Shown here: in pieces, positions 27,222 to 33,259 of the stretch
How positions within the stretch are numbered: position 1 is the stretch's first letter
Layout of the letters: every line of letters starts with the position of its first letter
NCBI GenBank assembly: GCA_012727415.1
Contig: JAAYHI010000160.1
Coordinates: 1-33,259, forward strand
Length of the DNA stretch: 33,259 bases
Origin: Bacillota bacterium
GTDB taxonomy: Bacteria; Bacillota; Proteinivoracia; UBA4975
Reading direction: 5' to 3'
The notes under the pieces: model-generated
What the model saw: only the letters and a program-made list of their open reading frames with translations
What the model was told of the DNA's origin: nothing
Database searches by the model: none
Program-made: the position numbers and the translations under genes

Positions 27222-28223
27222 CTAGGATCCTATGAAAGAAAAAGTAATTTCCAGGGTAAAGGGTACTCCGTCAGCGGTAACGCAGTTCATAGTCATCACC
27301 TGACTCTGGCCAATTATCTCATAGACCCAGGTAGGATTGCCCACAAGGACACTGCCGAACAATGCTAACTCAATTTCAAACCACTGCCCGCTTCGGGGAG
27401 TTCCATCTTCATTCTTGAAGTTGACAGTGGAGCCACCGGCAGAAACACCTTGAATTTCAGGAATAGCGGCCAAGTTATAAAAAGCAGTTTTTAATCCCGT
27501 AGCCTGCAAAGCAGTGTAGGAACCCATATTCTGCGCTTCCGGCGAGAAGATAAAGGTCATCACCATATTTTCAACGTCCAATTCCACCAACAATTTATTC
27601 GGAGGATCAGTCTTAGGCGCCTGATTATTAATAGTATTGGAAAATTCTATCGTAGCGTAGTAAATAGTGCCCAGGGCAGCCATCTTGTCTTCTAAGCCAA
27701 ACAGTTTCTCAAGATTTTCCACTAGTCCCTGCTGCTCACTGCCCAAAGCGTCTATGATTCTCCGGGCACCTTCCACCAAGTCCTTATCCTGGAATATTAA
27801 CTCCTCGAATTCGGGAAGGGAGTTTATCAGCAGCTGAGCAAATTCGACACCTAAGGACTCAACTACCGCATTCACACAAGTGAAACTGCCTGCGCCTCTC
27901 ACGGCAAGCAATTCTGCCGCTAACAGGGATACATATTCTGTATCCAGGTTATACCCTAACTCATTCAAAATCAAAGTGTAGCTTTCACCTGACCCAACCG
28001 CGCCCCGAGCAATTAAGGCCTGACGATTTGCTTGGAGCACCGGAATGTATTCCATCAGGACTGTCTCCATGACAGCTACATCTTCAGCATGATTCAGGGC
28101 GTCGATAAATGACTTCTTGTCATATTCCTTCCGGACATCAGTTTGGATACAGCTATGTTGTTTTTCCTGCAGTTTTTTCGCTTCCCCTACTCGCTTACGT
28201 CAAAACATAACTGGCTGACCCAT
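27222..28223 (-). CDS. Hypothetical protein with an in-frame TGA at codon 8 (pseudogene, recoded gene or sequence error); carries a surface-protein-like helical repeat
   Basis: AAGGGAGG RBS with ATG 28223, in frame with the track ORF 27222..28070; the only interruption is TGA at 28200-28202; own terminator downstream. Confidence 0.62.
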
Positions 28224-28262
28224 CTTTCGCCTCCCTTATGCTGAAATTATCAGTGATTGCCG

Positions 28263-28287
28263 CTATTATACAACAACCCTGTGACAG
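28263..28287 (-). promoter_or_regulatory. Putative promoter CTGTCAC-N10-TATAATAG
   Basis: Perfect TATAAT about 40 bp upstream of ATG 28223; the same architecture recurs at 32332-32356. Confidence 0.45.
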
Positions 28288-28452
28288 ATTTTGCATTTGG
28301 CAGTTGTTTTTCTGCAATGAATGCTAATTGATACTTTGGCAGATTTTGTCTTTGAAAATTGGTGACAATGGTATTCGACTTAATTCCATATAGGTAATAT
28401 ATTTCTCCTGGATTGAATAGATTTTTCAAGAAATATTTCCGCCTGAGGATAT

Positions 28453-28482
28453 AAAAAACTCCTTGGAAATCCTCCAAGGAGT
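28453..28482 (-). terminator. Intrinsic terminator after the first LCP gene
   Basis: Minus strand ACTCCTTGGA-GGATT-TCCAAGGAGT followed by a T-tract; perfect 10-bp stem. Confidence 0.85.
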
Positions 28483-28531
28483 CTGTACCAGCCTGCAATT
28501 GAGTGAACTGCGAGACGGGCAAAAAAATGTC

Positions 28532-29698
28532 CTAAGTCTGGTCAGGGTCCTCGGGGTCCTCGGGTTCCTCAGGGTCCTCAGGGTCCTCGTCACTTTCTTC
28601 AGTAAATTCTTCCTCCGGCAGCGGGTCAAAGATTACATCAGTTTTATCCGGTTTTACTTCCAGCCCCCAGATATCATAGAGCATCTTGGCGCGGGCTTTC
28701 TGGTTGATAATGAGGTAACTGTACGACTTGGTCCAGCTTTCACTCAGGCGCCCCCATTTAAAAGAAGTAGGCATGACATAGGTAGAGATTTTTTCTGCAT
28801 CCAGAGTATTCATCCCGTAATGGGCCAAAGACATAATCTGTTCCATGGTGAGATTGGTCTTTACGTTATCGGCAACGGCGGCATATATTTTGGGGATCCG
28901 CAGGAGATTTCCGGTGGACTTTAACTGCTTAAACAACTCCATCATAATATCCTGTTGATTCTCAACTCTTTTAATATCCCCCATTGAGTACTGGCGATCC
29001 CTGACAAAGATCAGCAACTGGGCGCCGTTTAAAACCTTTTTGCCCTTCTCGAGTAACAGTCTTCCTGATTTGCTGTATATGTTTTTGGGAACATCATATT
29101 CTACTCCCCCGATGGCATCGACGATGCTTTTTACCGATTCCATGTCCACAGAGACATAGTAATGGATCGGCACACCCTTGAGGGCCATGCTGACAGTTTC
29201 CACCTGGTAGAGCATGCCTTTCTCATACTTTTCCTCGTCGGTCTTGCCGCCGCCGTACCGCCAGCCATAGTAATATGCGCTGTTAATCTTGTCACGGCCG
29301 CCGCCTCTCTTGTAAATAGGAACAAGGGTGTCCCGGGGAATGCTGACTACAGCGGCGGTGCCATCCTTCAAATTGATAGAAGCCAGCATTATTGTATCTG
29401 CCCGGTAAGTTGCATATACTTCATCACGGGCGAGATTCCTGTCGAAACCGAAGAGGACAATATTAATTATGTCTTTAGAGAAAGCATCCCTGACATCCAG
29501 TATTTGCTGTTCATGAGCAGCATTGGCTTCAGGAAAGCTGATTTTCCCCCCGAGAACGCCCTCATAGTTCCCGATTCGAAAATGCCAATACGCACCTGCG
29601 CAACCGACGACGGTTACAAGCGCCAGGGCGATTACAATAATGATTTTATTCCGCCTGCGCTTCTTTGCCTGTTTGGTTTTGACCCTGCTATGCCCCAC
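28532..29698 (-). CDS. LCP (LytR-CpsA-Psr) glycopolymer-peptidoglycan transferase, copy 1
   Basis: Basic N-terminus plus TM, FGFD, RADTIM, SIPRDT, KINSAY, DAIGGV, FVRDR, DIKR...QQ, VKTNL. Start moved to GTG 29698 behind GAGGTG. Confidence 0.92.
   Translation of the reverse strand: MGHSRVKTKQAKKRRRNKIIIVIALALVTVVGCAGAYWHFRIGNYEGVLGGKISFPEANAAHEQQILDVRDAFSKDIINIVLFGFDRNLARDEVYATYRADTIMLASINLKDGTAAVVSIPRDTLVPIYKRGGGRDKINSAYYYGWRYGGGKTDEEKYEKGMLYQVETVSMALKGVPIHYYVSVDMESVKSIVDAIGGVEYDVPKNIYSKSGRLLLEKGKKVLNGAQLLIFVRDRQYSMGDIKRVENQQDIMMELFKQLKSTGNLLRIPKIYAAVADNVKTNLTMEQIMSLAHYGMNTLDAEKISTYVMPTSFKWGRLSESWTKSYSYLIINQKARAKMLYDIWGLEVKPDKTDVIFDPLPEEEFTEESDEDPEDPEEPEDPEDPDQT
28544..28588. repeat. Five 9-bp tandem repeats encoding (E-D/E-P)5 at the LCP C-terminus
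   Basis: agggtcctc ggggtcctc gggttcctc agggtcctc agggtcctc. Confidence 0.9.
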
Positions 29699-29839
29699 TG
29701 TGATACACCTCGCAATTGACATTATTGCATGTTAATACTGCCATATCGCAACTATTAATAATATATGCTGCATGCACCCGGTGCAGCCTGACCGGGGATA
29801 ATTCAAACCCCATGTTCCTGCGGCAAGTAAAGCACTGGC

Positions 29840-30049
29840 TTAGTGACAACTGGAACAATTGCCGCCTTTGCAGCCGCTGCATCCATCCTGCCCGCCCCTG
29901 ACTCCGGGACAGGCAAAAGCGGATACCATGCGTTGAAGGGACTTTTCCCCGCAGCGGGGACAAACCATATCTTCCCCTGATTCGTTCATTTTACACAGCT
30001 TTTCGCTGCGCTGCCCGCACTTAGTGCATTGAAACTCATAGATCGGCAT
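29840..30049 (-). CDS. FmdB-family zinc-ribbon protein with Cys-rich tail
   Basis: MPIYEFQCTKCG...CPRCG...R-x-x-S followed by CSGCKGGNCSSCH; GAGGTG RBS. Confidence 0.9.
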   Translation of the reverse strand: MPIYEFQCTKCGQRSEKLCKMNESGEDMVCPRCGEKSLQRMVSAFACPGVRGGQDGCSGCKGGNCSSCH

Positions 30050-30069
30050 GGATTTTCACCTCTTAGTTC

Positions 30070-30098
30070 ATTATAATGATTATACCAGGAATAGGCAA
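30070..30098 (-). promoter_or_regulatory. SigA-type promoter for the FmdB gene
   Basis: Minus strand TTGCCT (30098-30093), 17 bp spacer, TATAAT (30075-30070); a second TGGTATAAT at 30087-30079. Confidence 0.55.
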
Positions 30099-30112
30099 TG
30101 AGGAGTGCTAAT

Positions 30113-30619
30113 ATGCAAACAGACCTTACCCGCTCCCTGACCCGGGGCGGAATGATAGCTGCAATATATGTTATTCTCACCCTTTCCCTGGGGCAACTTT
30201 CCTATGGCCTGCCCCTGGGACCGGTATTAATTCAGTTTCGCCCTGCAGAAGCCCTTACCGTGCTGCCAATCCTCTTCCCCGAGGCTGTCCCCGCCCTGTT
30301 CCTGGGGGTCTTTATCGCCAACATACCCTTTGGCTGGGTGGATATGATTTTGGGCAGCCTCCTGACTTTGGCGGCAGCCGTCGTCACCCGCAGGATGCGC
30401 ACCAGCCTTGTCGCCTGGTTTAGCCCGGTTATCTTTAACGCCTTGGGAGTCAGCATATACCTGGCTTATTTCATCACCAACCAGTGGTGGACACCCACCT
30501 ACTGGCTTGCGTATTTCCAGCAGGTATTGTCTATCGGCATCAGTGAGGCCCTGGTGGTATTTGGACTGGGACTGCCCCTCATTACCTACCTGCGCAAGAA
30601 CATCTTTGGCGAATATTAA
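30113..30619 (+). CDS. queT: QueT-family (queuosine precursor ECF S-component-like) membrane protein
   Basis: IAAIYVILT...LSYG...IQFRPAEALTVLP...LFLGVFIAN...G-x-VD-x-x-x-GS...PVIFNA. Start moved to ATG 30113 behind GAGGAG. Confidence 0.85.
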   Translation: MQTDLTRSLTRGGMIAAIYVILTLSLGQLSYGLPLGPVLIQFRPAEALTVLPILFPEAVPALFLGVFIANIPFGWVDMILGSLLTLAAAVVTRRMRTSLVAWFSPVIFNALGVSIYLAYFITNQWWTPTYWLAYFQQVLSIGISEALVVFGLGLPLITYLRKNIFGEY

Positions 30620-30652
30620 GGAAAACTACCCAGTCGTTGAGTAGTTTCCTTT
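30618..30652. terminator. Probable bidirectional terminator between queT and LCP copy 2
   Basis: AAGGAAAACTAC...GTAGTTTCCTT inverted repeat fills the gap between the convergent stops. Confidence 0.7.
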
Positions 30653-31799
30653 AAGGATCAGATGGGTAATCGTCCCCCTCGCCCTCAGATTTGGGGGGGT
30701 CTTTTTTTTCTACCGGCAGCACCTTATCGGGAGGGCCAGGCTCCACCACTATTCCCCATATTTCCTCAATGAGCTTTGCTCTTTTGGGATGGTCGAGAAG
30801 GTAATAGGGAAGTTTTTGGTCCCGGCGGCCGGGGATCCCCCCAGACTCATACCTTCCTTCCAGGACGTGGGTGGAAATGTCGCTGGAACTTACCTCCTGG
30901 GAGGCAAAGAGGGCTAAAGCCATAATTTGCTCTAAAGAAAGGTTGGTCCTGACCTCATTTTTCATTTTCAGGAGTATTGTTGGAGCGTGAAGGAGGGTCT
31001 TGGTCTTTTTAAACTGATTTAATCCCGCTATAAGAATATCCTGTTGATTACCAGCCCTTATTGCATCCGAAGAGCCCTTGCGGTCGCGAACATAGTACAT
31101 AAACTTGCGGCCGTTGAGCTTTTGATAGCCCTTTTCCACCAGTAGTTGCCCTCTCCGGGAATAGATATCTTTGGGAACATCGTACGACACGCCGCCAATT
31201 AAATCGACTAATTCCTCAACGGCATCCAGATCCATGGCAACATAGAAGTGGATGGGCACCCCGCCCAGAATTGAACTTATCGTCTCAACCTGAGTGGTGA
31301 TGCCGGCTGCCACCCTGTCCTCCATGGGCAACCCTTTGTCCTTAGACCAGCCCCAATAGTTGGCGTGATTAATTTTATCTTTGAAACTGTCATAGCCGTA
31401 TATCGGAACGAGGCTGTCCCGGGGAATGCTGACCAGGTTTACCTTGGCAGTGTCAAGATTAATAGCCGCAACCATAATGGTATCCACAAGCCCGGTATAA
31501 CCCTTTACCCTCTGTTGAGAGCGGGCAGCATTATTGTCATGACCGAGAAAGGCGATATTGATAATCTTTTCCCCTGAAAACGCTTCACTTATATCTGGAG
31601 AGTCGTCCTCACTAGCCCCGCCCCCCCAATCGATATCGTCAAAGACCTTGTCGGGATCGGTCAGGTGGCTGTAGTACAGGGCTAGAGCAGTACCCATACA
31701 TAACACAAGGATTAGCGCAATCAATGCTGTACGTTGGAGTTTGCCCATTCCCCGAATCCACTGCCACAGGCGTTGAAAAATATTAGGCTTGTTTTCCAT
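30651..31799 (-). CDS. LCP family protein, copy 2
   Basis: TM, LGHD, VDTIM, SIPRDS, KINHA, DLIGGV, YVRDR, DAIR...QQ, VRTNL; AAGGAGGTG RBS. Confidence 0.92.
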   Translation of the reverse strand: MENKPNIFQRLWQWIRGMGKLQRTALIALILVLCMGTALALYYSHLTDPDKVFDDIDWGGGASEDDSPDISEAFSGEKIINIAFLGHDNNAARSQQRVKGYTGLVDTIMVAAINLDTAKVNLVSIPRDSLVPIYGYDSFKDKINHANYWGWSKDKGLPMEDRVAAGITTQVETISSILGGVPIHFYVAMDLDAVEELVDLIGGVSYDVPKDIYSRRGQLLVEKGYQKLNGRKFMYYVRDRKGSSDAIRAGNQQDILIAGLNQFKKTKTLLHAPTILLKMKNEVRTNLSLEQIMALALFASQEVSSSDISTHVLEGRYESGGIPGRRDQKLPYYLLDHPKRAKLIEEIWGIVVEPGPPDKVLPVEKKDPPKSEGEGDDYPSDP

Positions 31800-31869
31800 G
31801 GGTACACCTCCTTAGCAATTCATTATACTCCATCAGCACCTAATAATTCATTTCCAAAAAATGCTTGGA

Positions 31870-32307
31870 TTAAGGGACACTGGCCCCGTTAACGGCAGGG
31901 GGACTGACAATGAGATCTGCCTCTAAACTGAGTACAGTTCCGTCTTTCCCGCGGCGTCCCTGCAGAACCAGCTTATATGTACCGGGCACCAAGGTGCTCG
32001 CAGGAATATAATAGAGCGTCTGTTCCCTGGTGGTGGAAAACATCGGTGACCCCGCCTTGCGATATTCAAACCACTTGCCGTCGCCATCCATTCGAAAAAT
32101 ATCGATGCCTTCCCAGTCTACGGGAATAAATAATTCTTCTTTTCCCGGATTGTTCAGGACCAGCTTAATCTCATCGTCGGGAGACAATGGAGGTGAGGCA
32201 ACATTTAATGACAAGGTCGCTTTGGCATTGCCAAAGCATCCTGAGATAAAAGCAATCAGGATTAGCATGGCAAGTCCCCTGGTTCTCTTATCTGCAAACC
32301 CTTTCAC
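31870..32307 (-). CDS. Putative lipoprotein with a small beta-rich (Ig-like) domain
   Basis: Basic N-terminus, hydrophobic core and ISG-C lipobox; LVPGTYKLV pattern. GGAGG spacing favours GTG 32307. Confidence 0.7.
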   Translation of the reverse strand: MKGFADKRTRGLAMLILIAFISGCFGNAKATLSLNVASPPLSPDDEIKLVLNNPGKEELFIPVDWEGIDIFRMDGDGKWFEYRKAGSPMFSTTREQTLYYIPASTLVPGTYKLVLQGRRGKDGTVLSLEADLIVSPPAVNGASVP

Positions 32308-32331
32308 TTTCACCCCTCCCCATTTTCATCC

Positions 32332-32356
32332 CTATTATATTCGACGCCGGTGACAG
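32332..32356 (-). promoter_or_regulatory. Putative promoter CTGTCAC-N10-TATAATAG
   Basis: Perfect TATAAT just upstream of the lipoprotein RBS; same architecture as 28263-28287. Confidence 0.45.
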
Positions 32357-32369
32357 CTTATTGGTTTAA

Positions 32370-33259
32370 TTAATAAATTTTTTCTGCAGTATATTGCCAG
32401 GCAGTCGCAGCCAAGAGAGCAGTACCCAGCCAGAGGATCGACTCATCAAAGCCAAAGCGACTATGATGGTGCGGATAATCTGCCGCTGGATTGCCTGCGC
32501 CCAAGAGGAAAAAAGTGCCGGGCACTTCTTGCAGGAAATAAGATACATCTTCACTGACCATAAGGGGATACTCCAGAACCTTAACATTTTCTTCACCGAC
32601 GAGAGAAGTGGCAATTCCGTTGAAAAATCTTGTAAACTGAGGATCGTTGACCACCGGAGGATAGCCTTGATCAAATGTTAATCTGTACTTCCCCTTCCAG
32701 GCAGAACATATTCCCGACATTACTTCCTCAAGCCGAGTTTTTAAGGTCGCTCCCGCCTCGTGGTGGAAATAGCGAATGGTTCCCTGGAGGTAAACCTCGG
32801 CGGGAATAATGTTGTGGGTCTGGCCCCCATGGATTTGGCCCACAGTCAGCACGGCAGGGTACAAGGGAGATATCTCCCGGGTAAGAATGCGCTGCCAGGC
32901 GGTGATAATTTCGGCACTGATCACCACCGGGTCGATTGTGTTATGGGGCATGGCCCCGTGCCCCTCCCGGCCGGTAACCCATGCTTCGAAAACATTTACT
33001 GCTGCCATAATGGGACCATAGGTAAGGCCGACCTGGCCCAGGGCCAGTTCTGGAGACAATGTGCCCAGGTGGCAGGCGACAACAGCCTCAACCTGATGAC
33101 GCACCAGGACACCGTCGTCAATCATGGCTTTGGCACCATGCCAACCTTCCTCTCCCGGCTGGAAGATAAGAACCACAGTCCCTGAAAGTTCCTGCCTTCT
33201 GCGGGCGAGAAGCATTGCTGCTCCCAAGCCCATGGCGATATGGCCGTCATGGCCACAGG
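32370..33259 (-). CDS. M20-family amidohydrolase; 5' end outside the window
   Basis: Frame is open to the right edge: CGHDGHIAMGLGAA, FQPGEEG, GHGAMPH, SEDVSYF, HHHSRF. Confidence 0.92.
   Translation of the reverse strand, partial: CGHDGHIAMGLGAAMLLARRRQELSGTVVLIFQPGEEGWHGAKAMIDDGVLVRHQVEAVVACHLGTLSPELALGQVGLTYGPIMAAVNVFEAWVTGREGHGAMPHNTIDPVVISAEIITAWQRILTREISPLYPAVLTVGQIHGGQTHNIIPAEVYLQGTIRYFHHEAGATLKTRLEEVMSGICSAWKGKYRLTFDQGYPPVVNDPQFTRFFNGIATSLVGEENVKVLEYPLMVSEDVSYFLQEVPGTFFLLGAGNPAADYPHHHSRFGFDESILWLGTALLAATAWQYTAEKIY

Noticed and set aside
28160-28202. Selenoprotein call for the TGA-containing gene
   Set aside because: No convincing hairpin 3' of the UGA and no redox motif; kept only as an alternative explanation.
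28271-28287. Sigma-54 promoter reading of CTGTCAC...TTGT
   Set aside because: It lacks the invariant GG at -24 and GC at -12, and the spacing is wrong.
28250-28522. 90-aa minus-strand ORF in the AT-rich gap
   Set aside because: It crosses a strong terminator and the promoter region, starts at TTG without an RBS and has no motif.
28544-28588. CRISPR array
   Set aside because: The 9-bp units have no spacers and lie in frame within a CDS; no cas genes are present.
29755-29800. Sporulation sigma (SigE/SigK) promoter from CATATATT upstream of LCP copy 1
   Set aside because: No matching -35 at a suitable spacing.

Overview
Cell-envelope region of a monoderm Bacillota (Firmicutes) genome, judged from the CWB2, sortase and LCP genes and the strong GGAGG ribosome-binding sites. 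Positions 1-21.8 kb form one tightly packed minus-strand cluster for a lipid-linked surface polysaccharide. It holds pgm/pmm, a CapD/PglF-type dehydratase, a full WbpA/B/E/D/I-like set (predicted UDP-2,3-diacetamido-2,3-dideoxy-mannuronate), four GT4 glycosyltransferases, Wzz- and Wzy/ligase-like proteins, a MurJ-type flippase, a second DegT aminotransferase and an embedded sortase. It ends in a priming transferase / GNAT / D-cysteine-desulfhydrase-like / ATP-grasp cassette; the ATP-grasp gene is missing from the ORF track and runs off the left edge. The rest of the window holds a CWB2-SH3-GH18 wall protein, a divergent AT-rich asparagine-synthetase-like gene without the N-terminal Cys, an RluA-family pseudouridine synthase, a hypothetical gene with an in-frame TGA at codon 8, two paralogous LCP proteins, an FmdB zinc ribbon, QueT, a lipoprotein and a partial M20 amidohydrolase. 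The layout parallels the C. difficile PSII/CWB2 locus but predicts a different, probably tailored, polymer. No rRNA, tRNA, CRISPR array or transposase was seen. All family calls come from reading motifs by eye; no database searches were run.
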